Below, in pieces: positions 1-8,612 of a stretch of 14,675 nucleotides of DNA. The stretch's first letter is position 1, and every line of letters starts with the position of its first letter. This DNA comes from a bacterium (GTDB taxonomy: Bacteria > Acidobacteriota > Blastocatellia > HR10). The stretch spans positions 1 through 14,675 of the forward strand of contig JBEPZV010000057.1 in assembly GCA_041640655.1 (NCBI GenBank), read 5' to 3'. The notes beneath the pieces are model-generated. The model did no database searches. It worked only from the letters and a program-made list of their open reading frames with translations, and was not told the origin of the DNA. Position numbers and translations under genes: made by a program.

Positions 1-2134
1 CGCGCCCGCACACGGCTTCGATCCGCCGGACGCCGGCTCCAATGGATTCCTCCCGCACGATCTTGAAGAGCCCGATGTCGCCGGTTCGCGCGACGTGCGT
101 CCCCCCGCACAGCTCTTTGGAGAAGCCGGGGACTTCGACGACGCGCACCCGGGAGCCATACTTCTCGCCGAAGAAGGCGAGCGCCCCTGACTGCAGCGCG
201 CGCTCGAGCTCCATCTCGACCTTGGTGACCTCGACGTTTCGGAGAATCTGCTCGTTGACCACATCCTCGATGGCCTTGATCTCCTCGGGCGTGAGCGGCG
301 CAAAATGCGTGAAGTCGAAGCGCAACCGATCCGGCGCCACCAAACTCCCCGCCTGCTTGACGTGCGGGCCGAGCACCTCGCGCAGCGCAGCGTGCAGCAG
401 ATGCGTCGCCGTATGATGCGGACGGATGCGCTCCCGTCGCTCGACGTCAATGCGCGCGCGGACGCGATCGCCGACGCGGAGCACCCCGGCTTCGATGTGC
501 GCCACATGCGCGTGCTTGACCACGGTCGCCGTCCCGTCGTTCACGAACGTCTTGGACACCGTATCCGCGACCAGCGCGCGCGCGCCTTCGCTCTCGATCA
601 CTCCCGTATCTCCCACCTGTCCCCCCGATTCGGCGTAGAACGGCGTCTGATCGAGCACGATGTCCACCTGCTGTCCGGCGCTCACCTGGTCCACCGGCTG
701 TCCGCTCACGAAGAGGGCGATCACGTGGGCCTCGCACTCGGTCTGTTCGTAGCCGAGGAAGCGTGTCTCCAGCTCGCGCGTGGTCATCACAGCTTCCAGG
801 CCCGCGACCTTCTCCTGCACTGTCTTCTTCCACGCCGCGAGCGCGCGCTGCCGCTGTTCCTCAAGCGCTGCCTGGAATCCCTCCCAATCCACCGCGTACC
901 CGCGCTGCGCGGCGATGTACTCGATCAGATCCTCGCGCAGCCCATAGGTATCGTAGAGCACGAACGCATCCGTTCCGGCGATCCGGCGGCCCGGCGTGCG
1001 CTCCAGAATCTCATCGAATTTCCGCAGGCCGGCCGAGAGCGTGGAGATGAACAAATGCTCCTCCCGCCGCACGACGCGCTCAATGGTCGCCCGCGCGTCC
1101 AGGAGTTCGGGATATGCAGAGGCCATCATCTCGACCACCGCATCGGTCACCCTATGGAAGAACGGCGATGGGAGACCGAGTTTCCGCCCGTGCCAGAGCG
1201 CGCGCCGCATGATCTTGCGTAGCACATAAGCCCGCTGCTCATTGCCGGGGAAGACGCCATCGGCTACCAGAAAAGCCGTCGCGCGCGCGTGATCGGCGAT
1301 GACGCGCATGGACATCCCCTCGTCGCTCTCACTCACATACGGGCGACCGGCCAGCTCCGCGATACGCTCCAGCAGGGGGCGAATCAGGTCCGTGTCGTAG
1401 TTCGATTTCACCCCCTGCAGCACAGCGGCGATGCGCTCCAACCCCATGCCCGTGTCCACCGAGGGCTTCGGCAGCGGCGTCAGCGCTCCGCTCTCGTCCC
1501 GATTGAATTGCATGAAGACGAGATTCCAGATCTCGATGATGTGATCGCCGGGGCCGTTCACGTACTCGGCGCGATTGAAGGCCTGATCGTCCCCGATGAA
1601 GACGTGCACTTCGCTGCAGGGGCCGCAGGGGCCGGTCTCTCCCATCGCCCAGAAGTTCTCCTCGACCCCGAAACGCAAGATGCGCTCGGGCGCTGCACCC
1701 ATCTTCCGCCACAGCGCCGCCGCCTCATCGTCCTCCTCATAGACGGTGAACCAGAGGCGTTCGATCGGAAGCTGCCACTGGTTCACCAGGAGGTCCCAGG
1801 CGAACCAAATGGCCTCCTCTTTGAAGTAATCGCCGAAGCTGAAGTTCCCCAGCATCTCGAAGAACGTGTGATGACGGGCCGTCTTCCCCACCTGTTCGAG
1901 ATCGTTGTGCTTGCCTCCGGCCCGCACACACTTTTGCGCCGAAGCCGCGCGCTTGTACTCTCGCTCCTCGAGGCCGAGGAAGACGTTCTTGAACTGGTTC
2001 ATCCCGGCATTGGCGAAAAGCAGCGTCGGGTCCTGCGGCAAAACAAGCGGCGAGCTTTTCACGATCCGGTGGCCCTGCCGCTCAAAGTATTCCAAAAACG
2101 CGCGACGGATCTCGTGTCCGCTGGCTCTCCACAT
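1..2134 (-). CDS. alaS: Alanine--tRNA ligase (3' end beyond window)
   Basis: Not in the ORF track because it has no stop in the window. Manual translation from ATG at 2134 (SD GGGGAG) gives MWRASGHEIRRAFLEYF...DPTLLFANAGMNQFK...QKCVRAGGKHNDLEQVGKTARHHTFFEMLGNFSFGDYFK. The editing-domain motifs HTATHLLHAALR and ELCGGTH lie near the left edge. Confidence 0.98.
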   Translation of the reverse strand, partial: MWRASGHEIRRAFLEYFERQGHRIVKSSPLVLPQDPTLLFANAGMNQFKNVFLGLEEREYKRAASAQKCVRAGGKHNDLEQVGKTARHHTFFEMLGNFSFGDYFKEEAIWFAWDLLVNQWQLPIERLWFTVYEEDDEAAALWRKMGAAPERILRFGVEENFWAMGETGPCGPCSEVHVFIGDDQAFNRAEYVNGPGDHIIEIWNLVFMQFNRDESGALTPLPKPSVDTGMGLERIAAVLQGVKSNYDTDLIRPLLERIAELAGRPYVSESDEGMSMRVIADHARATAFLVADGVFPGNEQRAYVLRKIMRRALWHGRKLGLPSPFFHRVTDAVVEMMASAYPELLDARATIERVVRREEHLFISTLSAGLRKFDEILERTPGRRIAGTDAFVLYDTYGLREDLIEYIAAQRGYAVDWEGFQAALEEQRQRALAAWKKTVQEKVAGLEAVMTTRELETRFLGYEQTECEAHVIALFVSGQPVDQVSAGQQVDIVLDQTPFYAESGGQVGDTGVIESEGARALVADTVSKTFVNDGTATVVKHAHVAHIEAGVLRVGDRVRARIDVERRERIRPHHTATHLLHAALREVLGPHVKQAGSLVAPDRLRFDFTHFAPLTPEEIKAIEDVVNEQILRNVEVTKVEMELERALQSGALAFFGEKYGSRVRVVEVPGFSKELCGGTHVARTGDIGLFKIVREESIGAGVRRIEAVCGR

Positions 2135-2146
2135 GACGGCTCCCCC

Positions 2147-2169
2147 GGCGTGAACGGCTCGTTCACGCC
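2147..2169 (-). promoter_or_regulatory. Perfect 10-bp inverted repeat in the alaS 5' leader
   Basis: GGCGTGAACG-gct-CGTTCACGCC, located between the predicted promoter and the SD. Confidence 0.55.
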
Positions 2170-2188
2170 TCGTGGTTTGAGACCACAA

Positions 2189-2217
2189 AGGATACCGCAA
2201 AATCCATCCCCCGACAA
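2189..2217 (-). promoter_or_regulatory. Sigma70-type promoter for alaS
   Basis: Minus strand TTGTCG (2217-2212), 17 nt spacer, TATCCT (2194-2189). Confidence 0.55.
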
Positions 2218-2303
2218 CGCGAGGGGCGCGCCTTGTGGTGGAGCGCGGTCGGCACAAGGGGCGGAGGCCCAGGGACTGGCCTTCCAACGGATTCCATCCC
2301 GCA

Positions 2304-2332
2304 TGTAACCAGCGGGGCGAGGTGGGCGTCTT
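2304..2332 (+). promoter_or_regulatory. Candidate ECF-sigma promoter for tldD
   Basis: TGTAAC, N17, CGTCTT, ending 30 nt before ATG 2363. It matches the generic ECF consensus (-35 AAC, -10 CGT). Confidence 0.5.
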
Positions 2333-2362
2333 ATGGGAACGAGCACACCCGGAGAGGGGATT

Positions 2363-4021
2363 ATGGGGATTTCGCGACGAGAATTTCTGCACTACTGCGG
2401 GAGGACGACGGTCACCTTGATGGCCGTCGAGGGAGCATCAGTGCTGCGGGATTGGCCGCTCAGCTCGGTGGCCGAGGTGTCGGCGCGCGCGCTGCTGGTG
2501 ACGGATTGGAAGGAGCTGGCGGACATCGCCCTGGAGACGGCGCGGCGGCTCGGAGCCAGCTACGCCGACATCCGCATCATTCGCTCGCGACGCGAGACGG
2601 TCGCCGTCGGCCCCGGTGGGGGCGGTGGATTCGGCCTGGGGCCGGCTCTCGAAGAAGAAGGGCGCGACCGGCGACCGGCGCGCGTCACCCGGTCGGAGAG
2701 CTTCGGCTTCGGCGTGCGCGTCCTCTACAATGGGACCTGGGGGTTTTCGGCCAGTCCCCTGGTGACTCCCGATGAGATCCGGCGCATCGCCACCGAAGCC
2801 GTGGCGATCGCCCGCGCCAATGCCGCGATCAATACAGCGCGCGTGCGCCTGGCTCCGGTGAAGGCCTATCGCGATACCTGGCAGACGCCGATGGCGAAGA
2901 ACCCCTTCGAGGTCAGTCTGCAAGAGAAGGTCGCCCTCCTGACGAGAGTGGAGGAGCTCGGACGCAAGGTCAGGGGCGTCGCCCGTGTGAACGCCTCACT
3001 CGCCTTCGTCCACGAGCACAAGCGCTTCGCTTCCACCGAGGGCTCCTACATTGAGCAGCACATCTATCACACCCTGCCCAATCTCACGGTCACGGCCCTG
3101 CGGCGTGAGGCGAGTGCGCGTCCTGAGATCGCCACCCGCAATGCGTTCATCCCCCCGCAGAGCATCGGATATGAGTACGTGGAGCACTTGAAGTGGGCGG
3201 AGATCGTCGAACAGATCGCCCATGAGGCTGTCGAGATGCTCTCAGCTCGGGAGGTAGAGCCCGGACGGTATACGTTGCTCATCGCGCCCTCGAATCTCTA
3301 TCTCACGATCCACGAGACGATCGGACACTCGACGGAGCTGGATCGCGTGCTCGGCTACGAGGCGAACTTCGCTGGGACGAGCTTCCTCACGCTGGACAAG
3401 CTGGGGAAGTATCGGGTCGGATCGAAGATCGTCAACTTCGTCGCCGATCGCACGACACCGGGCGGATTGGCGACGGTCGGCTATGACGATGATGGCGTGC
3501 CCGCGCAGCGTTGGCACCTGATCCGCGAGGGGATTCTGGTGGGTTACCAGACGACGCGCGAGCTGGCGCACGCCGTTCGCGAGACCTTCTCGCGGGGATG
3601 CAGCCACGCCGATAGCTGGAGCTCCATACCGATCCCGCGCATGCCGAACGTCTGGCTGGAACCAGGAAAGGAACGGCTCAGTCCCGAAGATCTCATCGCC
3701 GATACGAAAGCGGGCATCCTCATCGAGGGGCGCGGCAGTTACTCGATTGATCAGCAGCGACTCAACTTCCAGTTCGGCGGCAACGCCTTCTGGGAGATCA
3801 GGAACGGCAAGAAGGTCGGCATGCTCCGCAATGTCATCTATCAATCGTACACGCCGGAATTCTGGAGCTCCTGCGACGCCATCTGCAGCCAGGAGTATTG
3901 GGTCAATCAAGGCACGCCCGGAGACGGCAAGGGCGAGCCGCAGCAAACCAACAGCGTCAGCCATGGTTGCGCCATGGCCCGATTCCGCAATATCACCGTC
4001 TTGAATTCGGGGAGCGTGTGA
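2363..4021 (+). CDS. tldD: TldD/PmbA-family metalloprotease, catalytic TldD subunit with twin-arginine N-terminus
   Basis: ATG 2363 follows the SD GGAGAGGGGA. N-terminal SRREFL. TldD hallmarks: GASYADIR, FGVRVLYNGTWGFS, HETIGH (HExxGH), YDDDGV, PRMPN, FQFGG. Ends with GDGKGEP..SHG. Confidence 0.93.
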   Translation: MGISRREFLHYCGRTTVTLMAVEGASVLRDWPLSSVAEVSARALLVTDWKELADIALETARRLGASYADIRIIRSRRETVAVGPGGGGGFGLGPALEEEGRDRRPARVTRSESFGFGVRVLYNGTWGFSASPLVTPDEIRRIATEAVAIARANAAINTARVRLAPVKAYRDTWQTPMAKNPFEVSLQEKVALLTRVEELGRKVRGVARVNASLAFVHEHKRFASTEGSYIEQHIYHTLPNLTVTALRREASARPEIATRNAFIPPQSIGYEYVEHLKWAEIVEQIAHEAVEMLSAREVEPGRYTLLIAPSNLYLTIHETIGHSTELDRVLGYEANFAGTSFLTLDKLGKYRVGSKIVNFVADRTTPGGLATVGYDDDGVPAQRWHLIREGILVGYQTTRELAHAVRETFSRGCSHADSWSSIPIPRMPNVWLEPGKERLSPEDLIADTKAGILIEGRGSYSIDQQRLNFQFGGNAFWEIRNGKKVGMLRNVIYQSYTPEFWSSCDAICSQEYWVNQGTPGDGKGEPQQTNSVSHGCAMARFRNITVLNSGSV

Positions 4022-5535
4022 TGGCCAGCAAGAGACTGACACGACGCGCCGTTCTCGGTGTGGGAGGACCTTCTGTTCAGGATCGCGGGCCGTCCCCAGG
4101 GGCAGCGCCCTCGCGCGGGCTCTCGGACTTCCTGCTCGATCAGGAGCAGGTTCGTCGCCTGACCGAGATGCTCCTCTCGCTCTCCTCGTCGAAGGAGACG
4201 GTCGTCCTGCTTCGCCGGACGTATGCGACGCACCTGCGGGCGGCCTTCAACGCGATCACCACAAGTGGTTCCACGTACACGACCTCGGTGACCGTGGGAC
4301 TGGTCTTGGGGAATCGGCTCGGCGTCGCGACGGCCGACGATGTGAGCGAGGCGGCCTTACGTCAGGTCGTGAGAGAAGCCGAGGAGAATGCTCGCTCCGA
4401 ATGGTTCGGGATGCCGCTGGGCGAAGAGCGCGACCCGCTTCCGGGACCGCAGGAGTATCTCCCGATCCGCGCCTTTTTCGAGCGCACAGCCCGAGCCACG
4501 CCCGAAGCGCGCGCCGACGCTATGCGACGCGTCCTGGCGGTCGCGCAGGCGAAGAATCTCGTGGCTGCCGCTTTCATGACGACCAGCGCCGGCATCGTCG
4601 CCGTCGCCAACAGCGCAGGCCTCTTCGCCTATCATGCATCAACCGATGCGCAAATCTCCATGACCTTTCGGACCCGAGACGGGGGCGGCTCCGGTTGGGC
4701 AGCCACCAGTGCGCGCGACTTCGAGGAGCTGGATGTCGAGGAGGCCGCTCGGACCGCGGCCGAGAAGGCGATTCGCTCGGTGAATCCCCGCGAGTTGCCC
4801 CCGGGCGATTACACGGTCATTCTGGAGCCGGATGCCTTCGCCGACATGGGGCCGAACGTGACCGCGCTGTTGACGGGACGGCGGGGAGGAGGCGGGGGCA
4901 TCTTCGGGCCGGATCTGTCACTCCTGCCGGCCGAACGCGTCGAAGTGGGCACGCCCATCACGAATCCCCTCTACACGCTGCGCAGTGATCCGACTCATCC
5001 CAAGTTGCTCGGCATGCCCTTCACGCTCGCCGGCGGTGGATTCGGCTTCGGCAGCGGGGGATTGGGCGGCGGCGGAGCGGCTCTGCTTCAGGCTGGGCGT
5101 CCCACGCGGAAGATCACCTGGATCGAAAAGGGGATCGTTCGAAATCTCCTCCTCTCGCCGGCACAAGCCCGGCGCTCCGGCGGTGAGCCGACGCCTGCCC
5201 CGACGAGCCTCATCATCGAGGGCGGCGAGGGGAGCCTCGAGGATCTGATCCGGAAGACCGACCGGGCGCTTCTGGTCACGCGCTTTTGGTACATCCGCGC
5301 CCTCAATCCGATCTTGGGGACGAGCACGGGGCTGACGCGCGACGGCCTGTTCCTGGTCGAGAACGGGGAGATCAAATATCCGGTCAAGAACTTCCGATTC
5401 AACGAGAGCTGGCGCACGGTGGTGGAGAACACCGAGGCCATGACGGCGCCTTACAAGCGCGTTCGGGATGCCCTCTATCCGGCCGTGCGCACGCGCGCCT
5501 TCACGTTCAGCAGCGGCTCCGACGCCATCGAGTAG
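4021..5535 (+). CDS. TldE/PmbA-type non-catalytic partner subunit
   Basis: ATG overlaps the tldD stop (TGATG, translational coupling). Motifs LPPGDYTVILEP, GLTRDGLFLVENGEIKYPVKNFRFNES and FTFSS. No HExxGH. Confidence 0.88.
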   Translation: MASKRLTRRAVLGVGGPSVQDRGPSPGAAPSRGLSDFLLDQEQVRRLTEMLLSLSSSKETVVLLRRTYATHLRAAFNAITTSGSTYTTSVTVGLVLGNRLGVATADDVSEAALRQVVREAEENARSEWFGMPLGEERDPLPGPQEYLPIRAFFERTARATPEARADAMRRVLAVAQAKNLVAAAFMTTSAGIVAVANSAGLFAYHASTDAQISMTFRTRDGGGSGWAATSARDFEELDVEEAARTAAEKAIRSVNPRELPPGDYTVILEPDAFADMGPNVTALLTGRRGGGGGIFGPDLSLLPAERVEVGTPITNPLYTLRSDPTHPKLLGMPFTLAGGGFGFGSGGLGGGGAALLQAGRPTRKITWIEKGIVRNLLLSPAQARRSGGEPTPAPTSLIIEGGEGSLEDLIRKTDRALLVTRFWYIRALNPILGTSTGLTRDGLFLVENGEIKYPVKNFRFNESWRTVVENTEAMTAPYKRVRDALYPAVRTRAFTFSSGSDAIE

Positions 5536-5537
5536 GC

Positions 5538-5566
5538 GGAACCCCGCGCCCCCATTGAGCCGTCAT
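5538..5566 (+). promoter_or_regulatory. Candidate internal ECF-sigma promoter for the TonB-dependent receptor
   Basis: GGAAC, N18, CGTCAT in the 82-nt intergenic gap. Confidence 0.4.
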
Positions 5567-5617
5567 CAGGCCCGTGGGGATCGGGGCGGAGCTGAGGAAG
5601 ACAGGGAGAAGGGAACG

Positions 5618-8566
5618 ATGCGACATCGTCTATCGAGTGTATCGTCTCGAAAGGGGCATCACCGCTCCCCCTTTCAATCCTGGAGCCGCCCTCTGGCCGC
5701 GCTCTTAATGATCGGCGCTTTGAGCTGGCCGGGCTTCGCTCAGGGCGTCTCGTCGCGCCCTGTGGAGCTGCGTGGAATCGTCGTGGATCCGAGCGGGGCG
5801 ATCATCATCGGTGCCGAAGTCGTGCTACGGGATCCACAGGGACAAGAACATCGGCATGTCACGGATGCGAGCGGAGAATTTCGCTTCGGCCCGTTGGTGC
5901 CGGGGACCTATCATCTGCGCGTCACGGCCGAAGGGTTCGCGCCTTATGAAGAACCTGCCCTCGTGGTGGAGCCCGGTCCAGCCGGGACGACGCGCGTCAT
6001 GCGCGAGGGGGCGCCGCTTTCGCATCCGCTCACGATCACGCTGGAGATCTTGATCACCGAGCGCATGGAGGTGACCGAGGAGACGCGCGTCTCGGTCGAA
6101 CCGGATACGAATCTCTCGGCCGTGGTGATCCGTGGTGAGGACCTGGAAGCGCTGCCGGAGGATCCGGAGGAGTTGCTGGAGGTTCTGCGCCAGATGGCCG
6201 GGCCTTCGGTCGGCGCCGGCGATGTGCAGGTCTTCGTGGATGGATTTCGCGAGCGCGGACGCATCCCTCCGCGCAGCGCCATCCGTGAGATTCGGATCAA
6301 CAGTAACCCCTTCTCCGCCGAATTCCGCGAGCCCGGGCGTGGGCGCATTGAGATCCTCACGCGGCCGGGCACGGATCTGTTCCGCGTGAACGGGTTCTTC
6401 GATTTCAATGACGAAGCGCTCAATGCGCGCAATGCCTTCGCGCCCGTGCGCGCGCCCTTGCAAGTCCGGCGCTATGGGGGCTTTCTGAGCGGCCCGATCC
6501 TGCGCAACCGAGCGTCGTTCTTCGCCGAGTTACAACGTCGCGAGCTGGATGAGAACGAGACGGTCCGGGCGACAATCCTGGATCCGATGACCCTTCAGCC
6601 CATGCCGTTTGCGACCGTCGTCCTGACGCCGCAGCGGGGGACGGAGTTCTCCCTGCGCAGCGAATGGCAGCCGGGGCGAGATCACACGCTCGGCTTCGGG
6701 TATCGCCTCTTTGAGAGCAGCAGCCGCAATCAGGGCGTCGGGGGCTTCAATCTCCCCGAGCGCGCGGCGACCAGCGAGAGTCGGCAGCAGACGCTGCGCT
6801 TCTCCCTCACCTCGCTCATTCAGCGGCGGATGACCAACGAACTGCGCCTGCAGCTTGATCGCCGCGAATCCGGCAGCGAGGCCCTCTCGGATCGGCCTGC
6901 CCTCATCGTCTTGGATGCCTTCAGTGCCGGAGGCAATCAGAATGCGCTCTTCAGTCGGCGGACCAGCGACGAGCTGGAGTTCACCAACACCTTCTCGCTC
7001 CCTTGGCAGCGCCATCTGCTGAAGATGGGTGTGCGGGCGGAGGCTGAACGCCTGGAAGATGTGAACCGATCGAATTTCGGCGGCACGTTCACCTTCTCCA
7101 GTCTCGAGCAATATCGCGATGTGCTGCTCGGCGTCCCGGGCGCGCGACCGACGCAGTTCACGATCAATCGCGGGGATCCGCGGGCGGCCGTCACCCTCTG
7201 GGAGTTCGCCTGGTTCGTCCAGGACGATTGGCGCGTGCGCCCGAATCTCACGCTCTCCTTCGGACTGCGCCATGAGTTTCAAACACATCTCCGAGATCGG
7301 ATCAACTTCGCGCCAAGGTTTGGTGTGGCCTGGTCGCCGCGCGGGAGCCGACAGACGGTCATTCGAGGCGGCGCCGGCCTCTTCTACGATGCGCTGGAGA
7401 CCACTCTCGTGCTCAATACGATTCGGTTCGATGGGCGGCGTCAACAGCAGATCATCATCCGCGCGCCGGGCTTCCCCGATCCGTTCTCTGAGGGCGAGGT
7501 GAGCGTTCGTCCGACGAGCGTGCGCGTTCTGGCACCCGATTTGGTCGCGCCCTATACCTTCCAGGCGACCGTGGAGATGGAGCGACAGTTGCCGCGCGGC
7601 TTCTTCGTGAGTGTGGGATATTCGCGCATTCGCGGCGTGCATCTCTTCCGCTCGCGGAACATCAATGCGCCGCTGCCCGGCATGCTGCTGCCGCCGCGAC
7701 CGGAACAGGGACCGATCTTCCAGGTCGAGTCCACGGCCTACTCACTTCGGAACGAGTTGCGACTGGGCGTTCGTCGTCAGTTCAACCGCACATTCACCCT
7801 CTTTGGCACCTACGTCCTCTCCTCGACCAAGAACGATTCCGATGGGGCCTTCTCCACGCCGGTCAACCAGTACGACGCCCGCAGCGAGTGGGGGCGAGCC
7901 GGCTTCGATGCCCGACATCAGGTCTTCGTGGGCGGGATGATCAATCTGCCATGGAAGATCCGGCTGGCGCCATTTGTGAATGTTCGTTCGAGTCGCCCCT
8001 TCAACATCACGACGGGGCGGGACAACAATCTCGATACGGTCATCAACGATCGGCCTTCATTCGCCGATCCTTCCCTGCCGGGCGCCGTTCGGACGCCCTT
8101 TGGGACGTTCAATCCCAATCCGCGTCCCGACGAGCCGATCATCCCGCGTAACTTCGGCATCGGCCCCGCTTACCGGAGCGTGGACCTGACGCTCACGCGC
8201 ACCTTCGGATTCGGGCAGCCTCGAACGCGCGGCGGTTGGCCTCAACTCGGACAGCAGGAGGGAGGGCCTGAGGGTGCGGCGATGCCCGGACCGCGCGGAA
8301 GCAGGGGGGTTGGAGGGGGACCCGGCGGGGGTGGAGGACGTGGCCCCGGCGGTGGGGGCTTCGGCCCAGGAAGAGGTGGTGGGTTCCCGGGATTGGGCGC
8401 CGGGGAATATCGCTACAGCTTCACGCTCGTGGTGCGCGCGACGAATCTCTTGAACACGGTCAACTTCACCAACTATAGCGGCGTACTCACTTCGCCCTTC
8501 TTCGGGCGCGCGAATTCGGCCCTGCCCGCCCGTCGCGTCGAGCTGCAATTGCGCTTCACCTTCTGA
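5618..8566 (+). CDS. TonB-dependent receptor-like outer-membrane barrel (Oar-like) with N-terminal carboxypeptidase-regulatory-like domain
   Basis: ATG 5618 follows a purine-rich SD. Signal peptide ends in GFA-Q. LRGIVVDPSGAIIIGAEV..GTYHLRVTAEGF domain, NPFSAEF plug, FVQDDWRVRPNLTLSFGLRHE, NFAPRFGVAW, and a C-terminal beta-signal ELQLRFTF. Confidence 0.92.
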   Translation: MRHRLSSVSSRKGHHRSPFQSWSRPLAALLMIGALSWPGFAQGVSSRPVELRGIVVDPSGAIIIGAEVVLRDPQGQEHRHVTDASGEFRFGPLVPGTYHLRVTAEGFAPYEEPALVVEPGPAGTTRVMREGAPLSHPLTITLEILITERMEVTEETRVSVEPDTNLSAVVIRGEDLEALPEDPEELLEVLRQMAGPSVGAGDVQVFVDGFRERGRIPPRSAIREIRINSNPFSAEFREPGRGRIEILTRPGTDLFRVNGFFDFNDEALNARNAFAPVRAPLQVRRYGGFLSGPILRNRASFFAELQRRELDENETVRATILDPMTLQPMPFATVVLTPQRGTEFSLRSEWQPGRDHTLGFGYRLFESSSRNQGVGGFNLPERAATSESRQQTLRFSLTSLIQRRMTNELRLQLDRRESGSEALSDRPALIVLDAFSAGGNQNALFSRRTSDELEFTNTFSLPWQRHLLKMGVRAEAERLEDVNRSNFGGTFTFSSLEQYRDVLLGVPGARPTQFTINRGDPRAAVTLWEFAWFVQDDWRVRPNLTLSFGLRHEFQTHLRDRINFAPRFGVAWSPRGSRQTVIRGGAGLFYDALETTLVLNTIRFDGRRQQQIIIRAPGFPDPFSEGEVSVRPTSVRVLAPDLVAPYTFQATVEMERQLPRGFFVSVGYSRIRGVHLFRSRNINAPLPGMLLPPRPEQGPIFQVESTAYSLRNELRLGVRRQFNRTFTLFGTYVLSSTKNDSDGAFSTPVNQYDARSEWGRAGFDARHQVFVGGMINLPWKIRLAPFVNVRSSRPFNITTGRDNNLDTVINDRPSFADPSLPGAVRTPFGTFNPNPRPDEPIIPRNFGIGPAYRSVDLTLTRTFGFGQPRTRGGWPQLGQQEGGPEGAAMPGPRGSRGVGGGPGGGGGRGPGGGGFGPGRGGGFPGLGAGEYRYSFTLVVRATNLLNTVNFTNYSGVLTSPFFGRANSALPARRVELQLRFTF

Positions 8567-8612
8567 ATGAAGGCACAGTCGGATCGGTGGGACGTCCCGC
8601 GGGATGTAGCTC

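Noticed and set aside
305..2308. Long + strand ORFs 305..1222 and 1289..2308
   Set aside because: They are codon-in-register antisense shadows of alaS, expected in high-GC genes, and have no recognisable protein motifs.
2220..2362. Search for a small RiPP/microcin precursor gene next to tldDE
   Set aside because: No small ORF with an SD and a Gly/Ser/Cys-rich core was found, and there is no YcaO, radical SAM or other maturase in the window.
3898..4020. Upstream extensions of ORF-track calls (tldE from 3898; likewise tldD from 2333, receptor from 5468, PDZ gene from 11361, DUF gene from 13288)
   Set aside because: Most overlap neighbouring genes. Downstream ATGs have better SD sites or coupling and place the signal peptides at the N-terminus.
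6530..7642. 370-aa minus-strand ORF and other nested ORFs in the track
   Set aside because: They are antisense or alternate-frame shadows of well-supported genes, with composition typical of non-coding GC-rich frames.
8567..8612. Possible bidirectional terminator between the receptor and VWA genes (GGGACGTCCC palindrome)
   Set aside because: The stem is too short once a loop is allowed, and there is no U-tract on either strand.
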